The notes below the pieces were generated by a model. The model had not been told where the DNA came from. It worked only from the letters and a program-made list of their open reading frames with translations, and made no database searches. From Vicinamibacterales bacterium (GTDB lineage Bacteria > Acidobacteriota > Vicinamibacteria > Vicinamibacterales > JAMQPK01), in the NCBI GenBank assembly GCA_035281225.1, contig DATEEI010000035.1:9607-73606 (forward strand): 64,000 nt of DNA, written 5' to 3'. Position numbers and translations under genes: made by a program. Position 1 is the first letter of the stretch. Each line of letters opens with the position of its first letter. Below are positions 9,428 through 17,094 of this stretch, piece by piece.

Positions 9428-9886
9428 TTACGCAGCCATGCCCTCGTCGATGCGATAGAGCAGTTCTTCGACGAGCCTTGCACCCGCCTCCGTGACAAGC
9501 AGATCGAGCGGTGCCCGTCTCTGGAACTGACGCTTGGCGTCACGAAGCCAGCGCCAGCCGCGCTCGGGTTCGCCGAATACTTCTTCACACAGTGCCAGCA
9601 CCCGTGCCACGCGAACGACACGATCTGATTCATCGCGGCTGAGCGCTTCGCGACGAGCGCGGCGATGAGTGAGCGTTCGGCGAGGCAGAACGAGGGCGTA
9701 GACCTCTTCGTCGGTCAGTCCGGAGTGTCGCAAGCCGTCAATAGCGCGGGCGGGCAGACGTTCCTCCACGAGCCTCATGACATCCTGGTCCGTACGGAGA
9801 CGTTGCACGCCGAGGATCGCTTGGACCCGTTTGAGAATATTCGGGGACTCGAGTGCGGCGGTGTCGAGCGTTATTGCCTCTGTCAT
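9428..9886 (-). CDS. Xre/MbcA/ParS-type antitoxin (DUF2384 toxin-binding domain)
   Basis: The ORF track gives 9428..9907. ATG at 9886 is preceded by AGGAGGGGAG. The C-terminal segment VVRVARVLALCEEVFGEPERGWRWLRDAKRQFQRRAPLDLLVTEAGARLVEELLYRIDEG is DUF2384-like. The gene sits directly upstream of the RES gene. Confidence 0.8.
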   Translation of the reverse strand: MTEAITLDTAALESPNILKRVQAILGVQRLRTDQDVMRLVEERLPARAIDGLRHSGLTDEEVYALVLPRRTLTHRRARREALSRDESDRVVRVARVLALCEEVFGEPERGWRWLRDAKRQFQRRAPLDLLVTEAGARLVEELLYRIDEGMAA

Positions 9887-9972
9887 CTCCCCTCCTGACC
9901 GTGGCATAATTGCTCACCATTCTATGGCATCTTGCCATTTCAGTCAAAATGCCAGCAATTTTTGGCGGCACA

Positions 9973-10218
9973 TCAACTTCGAGTCGCCCCATAACGCTGT
10001 CGAATCGTTTCTGCCAGCCCGATCGTCCAGCAAACCGGGCAGCCGCGCATAGCCACCAACGCCAGCAAAGCCGCCAACAACGATGCGACAGGGTGCAAAT
10101 GCTGCTGGTCGATGGCAAGGTAGAGCAGGGCAAACGCCACAGCACCGCGGATCACATGACCCGTCAGGGTTTGTGTCGCGAACAAGCCAGATGGACTTTT
10201 TCCAAGAAATTGCTTCAT
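9973..10218 (-). CDS. small two-TM membrane protein with a GCPxC motif (DUF2892/YgaP-like); possible sigma-factor partner
   Basis: 81 aa: HVIRGAVAFALLYLAI ... LLAALLALVAMRGCPVCWTIGL. Its ATG overlaps the sigma-factor stop (ATGA at 10215-10218). Confidence 0.55.
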   Translation of the reverse strand: MKQFLGKSPSGLFATQTLTGHVIRGAVAFALLYLAIDQQHLHPVASLLAALLALVAMRGCPVCWTIGLAETIRQRYGATRS

Positions 10219-10754
10219 TTCTTTCCTCGCGACTCATCGCCTTGCAGGTACTCGCGTAGAAGAGCTCGGCCGCGATGAATACGGCTCTTGCATGCTTCGC
10301 GAGTGATGCGCAAGCGATCGGCCGCCTCGACGATGGTGAGCTGCTCCATATCGCGCAGCAGGATCACTTCGCGGTAGATGTCCGGTAGCGACTCCAGCGC
10401 ACGGACGACGTCGATACGCAGCTCGTCCTTTGGAACCTGCGCAAAGTACTCGGCCACGTGCCGCTCCGTCAGTTCTTCCGCGCCCCGTATCAGCCCCAGC
10501 ACGGGAAGCATGCACAGCCGGGTGACCACGCGGAATATCCAGCCCGCTATGGCCAGAGGGTTGCGCACATTGCCCAGGCGGCGGTACAGCACGATCAGCG
10601 CTTCCTGAACCACGTCCTCAATGGCCGTCGTGCGATGGCACTGGCGCCTTGCATAGCGGCGGATGTCGGGCTGCAGTTCGAGCAGCATCCTCTCTAGAGC
10701 GACCGGATCGCCCGCCTGGGCGGCAGCAAACAACGCTGTATCGACCCGGATCAC
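10215..10754 (-). CDS. ECF-type RNA polymerase sigma-70 factor
   Basis: Region 2 reads DVVQEALIVLYRRLGNVRNPLAIAGWIFRVVTRLC. Region 4 reads REVILLRDMEQLTIVEAADRLRITREACKSRIHRGRALLREYL. The ORF track start is 10793, but GTG at 10754 overlaps the upstream gene stop as GTGA and is the more likely start. Confidence 0.85.
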   Translation of the reverse strand: MIRVDTALFAAAQAGDPVALERMLLELQPDIRRYARRQCHRTTAIEDVVQEALIVLYRRLGNVRNPLAIAGWIFRVVTRLCMLPVLGLIRGAEELTERHVAEYFAQVPKDELRIDVVRALESLPDIYREVILLRDMEQLTIVEAADRLRITREACKSRIHRGRALLREYLQGDESRGKK

Positions 10755-10963
10755 CGCGGACCTTCGAGCGACTTGCGGCCAGCCATGGCACACGCCGGGC
10801 AGAAGCCAATCAGCCCCGTCAGCGCCGTGAGCACGCCACTTGTGGCAAGCACCAAGCCGAGCAGAGTCAGACCGATTTGGGTGAGTGAGCAGGCCACGAT
10901 CAACGCACCGCCGATCACCCGCGCCCAGCTTTCCTTGGAACCCATGTTCTTGCGGTAATACAT
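10751..10963 (-). CDS. DUF2892 (YgaP-like) small membrane protein
   Basis: The ORF track gives 10751..11017. ATG at 10963 is preceded by GAGGTG. The sequence MYYRKNMGSKESWARVIGGALIVACSLTQ...LTALTGLIGFCPACAMAG fits the DUF2892 pattern (N.G..e..R..G ... G.CP.y). Confidence 0.6.
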   Translation of the reverse strand: MYYRKNMGSKESWARVIGGALIVACSLTQIGLTLLGLVLATSGVLTALTGLIGFCPACAMAGRKSLEGPR

Positions 10964-11069
10964 CTCATCACCTCGATCTGCCCGATCACAGCGAGCATCG
11001 TAGACAAGGAGGGGCATTCGGTCGAAAAGGATTCATTTCGCCGCGATGCTGAGTGCCGCCACAAATGTA

Positions 11070-11096
11070 AAAGGTCGCCCGAAACGGGCGACCTTT
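11070..11096 (-). terminator. strong GC hairpin with a T-run on the minus strand (orphan intrinsic-terminator-like element)
   Basis: AAAGGTCGCCC-GAAAC-GGGCGACCTTT forms an 11-bp perfect stem. Read on the minus strand it is followed by TTTTACATTT. A second 7-bp hairpin, GGTTGCG-GGGGCT-CGCAACC, lies at 11113..11132. No annotated minus-strand gene sits upstream of it. Confidence 0.4.
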
Positions 11097-11274
11097 CGCT
11101 GCAAGTTCAAATGGTTGCGGGGGCTCGCAACCACCATTATCTGCTACTTTGGCGGCTAGCGGCTTAAGCCACTGGCGACTCCAACATCTCCACATCCTGC
11201 AGGGTTTGCGCCGTTTTCAGAGTAGGGCTCACGAACGGCAGCGAGCCTCCTTCGGCCCTGTTACCCTGTCCACG

Positions 11275-12312
11275 ATGCCATTCAAGGATTATCTCAGTTC
11301 GATTCTCGACGTATTCTCGAGGCACCGACGCATGGCCGATTCGCCTGAGCTCGCCGCCCCCACTGCATCCCCTAAAAACCACCATTTCGTCCCGCAGATG
11401 TACCTGCGCGCCTTCGCCGACCCCGCCTCGAAGCAAGGGGAGCTCTGGCGCTACGGCCCGGGTTTCAAGCCGCAGCTGAGGGCCCCCAAAGGCGTCGCCT
11501 GGCAGGACTACTTCTACGACGTCGCCGGCGAGTTGCCGCCGGAGGACAACGACATGGAGAAGTTCTACGGCGAGACGGAGACGATCGCGGCGCCTCACCT
11601 GGAGAAGCTGCGCGCCGGGAACATTAAGCTTACGCCCCAAGAGAAGAGCGAACTAGCCACGTTTATCTCGCTGCTGCGAACCCGCACGCGCTCGTACCGC
11701 GAGCAGGTGAACATGATCTTTTCGAAGATGCACGTCCAGGTGGCGAAGGAAACGCTGGAGACGAAGGGCGGCGTCGAGGATCTGATCGAGTCGAACGTCA
11801 AGCTCGGGGGCGAGCGCCTCGAGGTGGAGCAAGTGCGCTCCGCACTCCAGGCCGTCATCGACGGCAGCGTCATCGTCGAGCAGACGAGCAAAGCGTGGAC
11901 GATCAAGCAGGCGCTCGAAAGCTCCGATCAACTCGACGAGCTCATCGAATCAATGAATTGGAACCTTTTCGAGGCGCCGGATGGTTACGCGTTCATCACC
12001 TCCGACAATCCGGCGGTGATCAACGACCCGCTCGGCCGCGCGCTCGGGCCGAAGGGATATCGCCCGACGAAGATGACGCAACTCCACTTTCCGGTGAGCT
12101 CGAAGTACCTCCTGATGGGCGACTTCCTCGGGCCGAACGAGACGGTGCAGAAGGCGTCGGCTGACCGGCTGGCGAAGTACAACTACAACCAGATTGTTAG
12201 CGCGCACAAAGAGATCTACGCGTCCTTTAAATCAAACGAGCTGCAGGCGGATGTGGACCGCGTGTTCAAGGAGAAGCCGCCACTCGTCCCGGACCTGACG
12301 GCCACCCGCTGA
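11275..12312 (+). CDS. DUF4238 domain protein
   Basis: The ORF track gives 11149..12312, and an in-frame ATG lies at 11275. The motif KNHHFVPQMYLRAFA is the signature DUF4238 N-terminus (HH.VP..YLr.F). G+C looks lower than in the flanks. Confidence 0.65.
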   Translation: MPFKDYLSSILDVFSRHRRMADSPELAAPTASPKNHHFVPQMYLRAFADPASKQGELWRYGPGFKPQLRAPKGVAWQDYFYDVAGELPPEDNDMEKFYGETETIAAPHLEKLRAGNIKLTPQEKSELATFISLLRTRTRSYREQVNMIFSKMHVQVAKETLETKGGVEDLIESNVKLGGERLEVEQVRSALQAVIDGSVIVEQTSKAWTIKQALESSDQLDELIESMNWNLFEAPDGYAFITSDNPAVINDPLGRALGPKGYRPTKMTQLHFPVSSKYLLMGDFLGPNETVQKASADRLAKYNYNQIVSAHKEIYASFKSNELQADVDRVFKEKPPLVPDLTATR

Positions 12313-12341
12313 GGACGAGGCCCGTAGATCCGCCGCCCGCC

Positions 12342-13262
12342 TTAGCCCGAATCAGGCAATCGCGCGTGCAGAATGCCTCGACGCGCCTCGTCCAACAGTT
12401 CAGTCGGTGAGACCAGTTGCGCGGCCTGCACTGATCCTGACATCACGACGTGTGCGCGTAGCCGTTCGTCGCCGGTGCAGATGAGCACCGGCAGCGCTAA
12501 CGCCTGGAGCATCTCCAGGTCGAACGAGTCGCCTCGCCGCTTCAGTGCGTCCGCGTTGTAGGACATGCCACCGCCAAGGGCAAGTGCAATAAAGCGAGAG
12601 CGACTACGGATGTAAGCGTCGTTTTGCCGGCGAAGGGTTGCTTCGTCCGGGCGACCACCGAAGAACGCGTGGAACTCAAGTTCCGCGACGTGGTCTTGCG
12701 TTGGCTGATATCCGGCGAGAGCCTGCTTCATCTCGCGAATCATGCCTCGCCATCCATCGCGATGTTCCTCCGACAGCCTTGTGGCGAGGTTCTCCGAACT
12801 CGCGATCCTGTACTGAACGCCATCAGAGCCCTCAAAGGTAGGTCCCGCTTCAAGGTCGGATGGCGCGCGCGCCTGGGACAAAAAGCGCCAGATCGCGATG
12901 CCATGCTCGCGGCGAGAAATCGAAGTACGTCGTGGTGGAGCAAAGAACAGGGACTGCGATTCGTCGTCGCTTGGAAAAAGTGGGGATTCTGGGTCCAGCA
13001 ACGCCGTAACGACACCAACCCGCTCCGACCAGCGGTTCCACGCTATGCGTCCTTCAAAGAGCGCCAGCGCCAATTCGGGCACAGCGTTGTTCGCAAGGCA
13101 CACCGATATGCCTGCCTCCTTCGGAACAAGTCTGTCAAAGTCTCTATATTCGGCATCGGCATACAAGATGCCGCGAACCGCCGACGTATCGAGAAGCACA
13201 CGCAGCAGCGGCACCCGACTAGATCCCTGTTCTTGTTCTTGCGGCTCTAGGTGACGACGCAT
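12342..13262 (-). CDS. hypothetical PIN-like nuclease with a large insertion
   Basis: The ORF track gives 12342..13391, which overlaps the upstream gene by 145 nt. The internal ATG at 13262 reduces the overlap to 16 nt. RVLLDTSAV (first acidic motif) and GDSFDLEMLQALALPVLICTGDERL (distal acidic motifs) resemble a split PIN fold. Weak call. Confidence 0.45.
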   Translation of the reverse strand: MRRHLEPQEQEQGSSRVPLLRVLLDTSAVRGILYADAEYRDFDRLVPKEAGISVCLANNAVPELALALFEGRIAWNRWSERVGVVTALLDPESPLFPSDDESQSLFFAPPRRTSISRREHGIAIWRFLSQARAPSDLEAGPTFEGSDGVQYRIASSENLATRLSEEHRDGWRGMIREMKQALAGYQPTQDHVAELEFHAFFGGRPDEATLRRQNDAYIRSRSRFIALALGGGMSYNADALKRRGDSFDLEMLQALALPVLICTGDERLRAHVVMSGSVQAAQLVSPTELLDEARRGILHARLPDSG

Positions 13263-14014
13263 TGGAACCACTCGATGCCCTGCTCGGCACAGACCAACCG
13301 GTATTGGGGCGGGATGTACTGGCAACAGATTGCGACGCGAACGCGTTCCTTCGCAATACTGTTCTGCGCACAATACAGTTGCCTGTGCCACAGGATCTGT
13401 CCAACAGCTTTGGCAAGTTCGTCAGCCTGAACCTTAACCTCGACGAGCATGAGTCGCCTCTCGCTGTCCTCGAACACTAGATCGACGAAACCGATCTCGC
13501 TATCCTGTGCAACGTGGACATCTCTCCCTTTCAGGGTGAGACCGGTTTCAAGAAGGTGCGGCTTAGAAGTGACCTGATCGATCAAGAGTTTGTGGATACG
13601 GCCTTCCATCCCCTTGCCGGAACGAGTTGTCCACGGTTGGCCTCCGGCGATCTTCTCCAAGTACTCGAGAGGCTCGATCTCATTTCCCGAGATGCGGCAG
13701 GGAAACACTTCGCATAACCGCGTGCCATCGTTAACAAGCAGAACCTGCTCTGGCAGCCATGCGAATGCGGATTTGCGGCTGCCAAAACTCCGACTCAGGC
13801 CGACTTTGCGTCTGACGGCGAAATCACGTAGCCCAAGCTTCTCGAGCCAATCGCGCTGCGCCGCGTACGTGGGAAACCGCGTGTCGGCGTCCTCCGTTGC
13901 GACCTCCCATCCTTTCGACTCAAGCTCGCCGAGCAGATGGCACATCCGGTTATGCGAAGCCTGGCGATCGGGATCCGAAAGAAGCGATGGCCTGTAGAAA
14001 TAAGTGATTCTCAT
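13247..14014 (-). CDS. NucS/DUF91-like PD-(D/E)xK endonuclease domain protein with an unknown N-terminal domain
   Basis: The C-terminus reads LLETGLTLKGRDVHVAQDSEIGFVDLVFEDSERRLMLVEVKVQADELAKAVGQILWHRQLY. This matches the NucS C-terminal/DUF91 pattern (iDll..d..g.lvvvE.K ... a.gQ.l.Y). Confidence 0.6.
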   Translation of the reverse strand: MRITYFYRPSLLSDPDRQASHNRMCHLLGELESKGWEVATEDADTRFPTYAAQRDWLEKLGLRDFAVRRKVGLSRSFGSRKSAFAWLPEQVLLVNDGTRLCEVFPCRISGNEIEPLEYLEKIAGGQPWTTRSGKGMEGRIHKLLIDQVTSKPHLLETGLTLKGRDVHVAQDSEIGFVDLVFEDSERRLMLVEVKVQADELAKAVGQILWHRQLYCAQNSIAKERVRVAICCQYIPPQYRLVCAEQGIEWFQCVVT

Positions 14015-14085
14015 TGGCTGCTCGATACTTTTCGGCCGAGCCTAGCACGGGGTATCACAGAAGCCGTACGTGCTGTGACCACGAC

Positions 14086-14116
14086 AAAAAGCGGCTGAAA
14101 CCCGAAGCGACACCGC
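14086..14116 (-). terminator. weak candidate terminator downstream of the cyclase gene
   Basis: On the minus strand an imperfect hairpin GCGGTG...CAGCCGC (14091..14116) is followed by TTTTT (14086..14090). The stem is short and imperfect. Confidence 0.25.
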
Positions 14117-14203
14117 AGCGGGCGCCGCCCAGAAACAAAAAGGGAATATGCGCTGGCCAAGTGGGATAGAGGAACCGCACTGGCGCCTGGTCGCCGATCA
14201 CCG

Positions 14204-14941
14204 TCACACGGCCCACCACCAGTTGGATCGGTAAAGCGTTACTCCCGGTAGTTTCGTCCAGTTTCGCTGCTCCCACATGTTTCGCTTCGGGCTTCCTCCC
14301 TCTTTTGAGGACTCATTCATCCTCTCGTAAACGTCAGCGGTGATCCACGTCGCAAAGTCGCCTTCGCGCAAATTCGAGAGTTTGGCGGCGTAATTTGCAG
14401 CCCGCCCCACCCACACAAGATCGTTCGAGCCGCGGATGCCGGTTCGGGCCACAAAGATCTCGCTCAGGTCGACACCAACGGCGTGCGTCAGGTTATACGT
14501 CGAGTCCGGATACTGCTTCTTGATTGCCGGGTTGATGATGTGTCGCACTGTATAGTTGATCTGCAGCCCGCATTTGGCAGAATTCGTCCGTTTGTGGTCT
14601 CCGACAAAGACAGCCATGATTCGGTCGCCATCAAAGGCCGTGATCTCGCCATCTCGTTGGCGAACAATCTTTGACGCGCAGTGCAGGAATGCCTTATAGA
14701 CTTCGGCAGCGAACGAGTCGCTGTGCTCGTTCACAAGGGCTGTCGACTCTGCCAGATCGGCGTAGAGAACGGCGGCTTCTTCAAACTTGACCGCGTCGTT
14801 GCCGAGACCCACATCTTCGGCTTCCGGAATGACGTATCCCTTCCGTGTGTTCCACCTGGTTGCGAATATGTCTTGGACCTCTGCAGCGAGTTCTTCTTTC
14901 AGGCCCATCGGAGTCTCTTCGCTCTCCCCATACGCGACCAT
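14204..14941 (-). CDS. pycC: Pycsar-type class III nucleotide cyclase (PycC-like)
   Basis: The ORF track gives 14204..15076, which overlaps the upstream gene. In-frame ATGs lie at 14941 and 14908. Class III cyclase motifs are AAVLYADLAESTALV (metal Asp), EITAFDGDRIMAVF (second Asp) and VWVGRAANYAAKLSN (Asn/Lys). The size and single-domain layout are typical of PycC. Confidence 0.8.
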   Translation of the reverse strand: MVAYGESEETPMGLKEELAAEVQDIFATRWNTRKGYVIPEAEDVGLGNDAVKFEEAAVLYADLAESTALVNEHSDSFAAEVYKAFLHCASKIVRQRDGEITAFDGDRIMAVFVGDHKRTNSAKCGLQINYTVRHIINPAIKKQYPDSTYNLTHAVGVDLSEIFVARTGIRGSNDLVWVGRAANYAAKLSNLREGDFATWITADVYERMNESSKEGGSPKRNMWEQRNWTKLPGVTLYRSNWWWAV

Positions 14942-14975
14942 TTCGTCGAGTTGTGACTCGAGTCGATGACCATAT

Positions 14976-15512
14976 TCATATCGCCTTCCAGGCGACGTAT
15001 GTCCAACCGATGATGATGAGCCCAATACAGAACAGCAGGATCGCCACCTTGATGTTGTGGTGCTTGCGCCCCGCAATGCCTGCCGACAGGTGGATCTGAT
15101 AAATCCAGTCTTCTCGCAGATCCGCAGGACTAACGCTGTTGAGGCGTTCGCGGTAATCTGCGAGAGTCACGTCGGCGATATGACCGAAATAGGTGATGGA
15201 CTTCGGGCCTCGATCCGGGTGCTCACTTTTGGCCCAACGCCACAATCGTATCCACCACTGATCCGAAGTGCGCGGAAACAGCGCTTGGAGCGACTTCGTC
15301 AGAGCGACGATTAGGAACCCGAACCCGACCAAAAACCACAACTTGTTCTCGAACGAGTTGTGCGGATCCTCAATCCACGCGATCAGCGCCGGAATCAGCA
15401 GCGCCAGAACGCCCGCTTCAACAGCCGTAAGAATGTCGACCTTAACGTCGGCGGCACGCGTCCACTCGTGAATGCGATCGAGGATGGGTTCCAAATCTTC
15501 CGTTTCAATCAT
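14976..15512 (-). CDS. pycTM: Pycsar transmembrane effector (PycTM / DUF5706-like)
   Basis: 178 aa. The N-terminus reads RAADVKVDILTAVEAGVLALLIPALIAW. It is followed by a TM hairpin, ALFPR, SITYFGHIADVTLADYRERL and IYQIHLSAGIAGRKHHNIKVAILLFCIGLIIIGW. This matches my memory of the Pycsar effector (DUF5706) family. Confidence 0.7.
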   Translation of the reverse strand: MIETEDLEPILDRIHEWTRAADVKVDILTAVEAGVLALLIPALIAWIEDPHNSFENKLWFLVGFGFLIVALTKSLQALFPRTSDQWWIRLWRWAKSEHPDRGPKSITYFGHIADVTLADYRERLNSVSPADLREDWIYQIHLSAGIAGRKHHNIKVAILLFCIGLIIIGWTYVAWKAI

Positions 15513-15595
15513 GCGATACCACGCGAATCCTGCGTCTGCCGATCAACAGAGAGCCTCAACATGCATCACCCTGCGCACATCCCGTAGTCGCGACG

Positions 15596-16504
15596 TCAGT
15601 TGTTCGGGCCGAGATCGTTGATGATGTCCCTGATCCGGTTGCAGGCAGGCCCCATCGCAGCAGGCAGATCCTTCGGGTCGTACTTGTATGCGATAGCTGT
15701 GATGCCGCTGAGGTCCGACGGCAACTTCACCTCTTCGCCGCGCGGCTCCAGTAACAGCGACCGGTGCCGTCCAAGCCGTCCCATGAAGAATCCGAGCTCG
15801 AAAATGACGTTGTCGCGGGGCGTGGGCTTCGCCTCACCGCGGCTCTCCGTCAGGTCGTCGGGTTGCGCGATGGCGATCGCGAAGTCCGACTGGTCAAGTT
15901 CGCGTTCAAGGCTTTCCACTGGATAGCAGGACGCCCGAAAAACGCCGTCGGTCCAGATGACGACTGTGAATGGATCGTATTCGAATGCATTCTGAACGCC
16001 CCGTGCGATCGGCAGAGCCTCCACGGACGAGATGATAAACACGCGGATCTTCTCGCGCCGCGTTGTGATGAGCAAATTGCGCTGCATGAGGCGGCGCGCC
16101 AGTTCTTTTGCGATGGCCCGGTAGATATTTGGGTATTTCTGTCCAAGGGCCGACAGCTGCGGTTCGGTGAGTTTTAGTACAACCGAGGGTTCCGCCGCGA
16201 CGACCGTGGCGGAACGGCGCTGCGAGGGCTGAATGGCGGCCATCTCGCCGACACAATCGGTCGGACCCCGCATCGCGACCTTCTTGCCATTCACGAGAAT
16301 CGTGAATGAACCGGCGAGGATCAGAAAGCAGTCTGTATCCTGGCCGTTCTGGTCGATTATTGGGGTATCCGGCACGATCTCGCGGAGCTCGCCGACGGCG
16401 GCCATCTCCTCGGCCAGCGCTTCGTTGCCGCCTACAATCTTCTGCTCTTTGAGCACGTCGACCAGGACGCGGCGTCCGTGCTCACCCTCGAATCGATCCT
16501 TCAT
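15596..16504 (-). CDS. cyclic-nucleotide-binding domain fused to a TIR-like (CAP12/PycTIR-type) effector domain
   Basis: The ORF track gives 15596..16582. ATG at 16504 is preceded by GGAGGAG. The cNMP phosphate-binding cassette reads CVGEMAAIQPSQRRSATVVAAEP. The C-terminal half reads IRVFIISSVEALPIARGV ... NVIFELGFFMGRLGRHRSLLL ... KLPSDLSGI, which fits the TIR-like nucleotide-binding domain family. Confidence 0.8.
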   Translation of the reverse strand: MKDRFEGEHGRRVLVDVLKEQKIVGGNEALAEEMAAVGELREIVPDTPIIDQNGQDTDCFLILAGSFTILVNGKKVAMRGPTDCVGEMAAIQPSQRRSATVVAAEPSVVLKLTEPQLSALGQKYPNIYRAIAKELARRLMQRNLLITTRREKIRVFIISSVEALPIARGVQNAFEYDPFTVVIWTDGVFRASCYPVESLERELDQSDFAIAIAQPDDLTESRGEAKPTPRDNVIFELGFFMGRLGRHRSLLLEPRGEEVKLPSDLSGITAIAYKYDPKDLPAAMGPACNRIRDIINDLGPNN

Positions 16505-16557
16505 CGCCCAATCTCCTCCAGCCGCCACGGAGTTCGATGCTTTCGTCGTGAAGTGGC

Positions 16558-17094
16558 TTAGCTCTTTGTCGAACGCGACCACTCGCTCATATATCGAAGT
16601 AGCTTACGCAGGCCGCGAACTCCAGAGTGTTCGTGCTCGTAGTGGATCGCTACGGTTACTGGCAGTGCATTGGGAGTAAAAGCCATCGCCGAGACATCGA
16701 TCCTCCTGCCTGCGGTAAGCGTCGCGATAAGCAGTATGAGGAAGTTGGCGCCCACCTTCGGATCCTCAACGAGGGACTGCATGGTCGCGATGTCGACCGC
16801 GCTTGGCAACGGCTCGAACGTCGGATGCGAATGCCACTCACCGAGATAGTTAAAGCGCGTGAAGTCCTGGCCCGTGCGAGCAAAGAACGATCTGAGCTGC
16901 ACGTCATGGTTCGCTGGATCACGTACGAACTGTGTGTGCGACCCACCGGATCGCTGCACTGACACGTCGACGACGCGAAACACTCCCTCGCGGACATGCT
17001 CACCCATCATGAGTCCGCCGATCTCCTGCGCCCCCGCTCGCTTGAGTTCCCGACGAATTCGCTGGAGGATTCGAGCCGGCAGGAGAAGCTGCAT
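16558..17094 (-). CDS. cap3: JAB/JAMM metalloprotease (Cap3-like)
   Basis: The catalytic Glu context is AQEIGGLMMGEHV. A perfect JAMM motif follows: HSHPTFEPLPSAVD (H-x-H-x7-S-x2-D). Confidence 0.8.
   Translation of the reverse strand: MQLLLPARILQRIRRELKRAGAQEIGGLMMGEHVREGVFRVVDVSVQRSGGSHTQFVRDPANHDVQLRSFFARTGQDFTRFNYLGEWHSHPTFEPLPSAVDIATMQSLVEDPKVGANFLILLIATLTAGRRIDVSAMAFTPNALPVTVAIHYEHEHSGVRGLRKLLRYMSEWSRSTKS

Noticed and set aside
17007-17010. Internal ATG starts (MMGEHV) for the JAB gene, which would shrink the overlap with the cap2-like gene to about 10 nt
   Set aside because: These starts would delete the conserved Glu context (AQEIGG) needed for a JAMM active site, so the 17094 start was retained.
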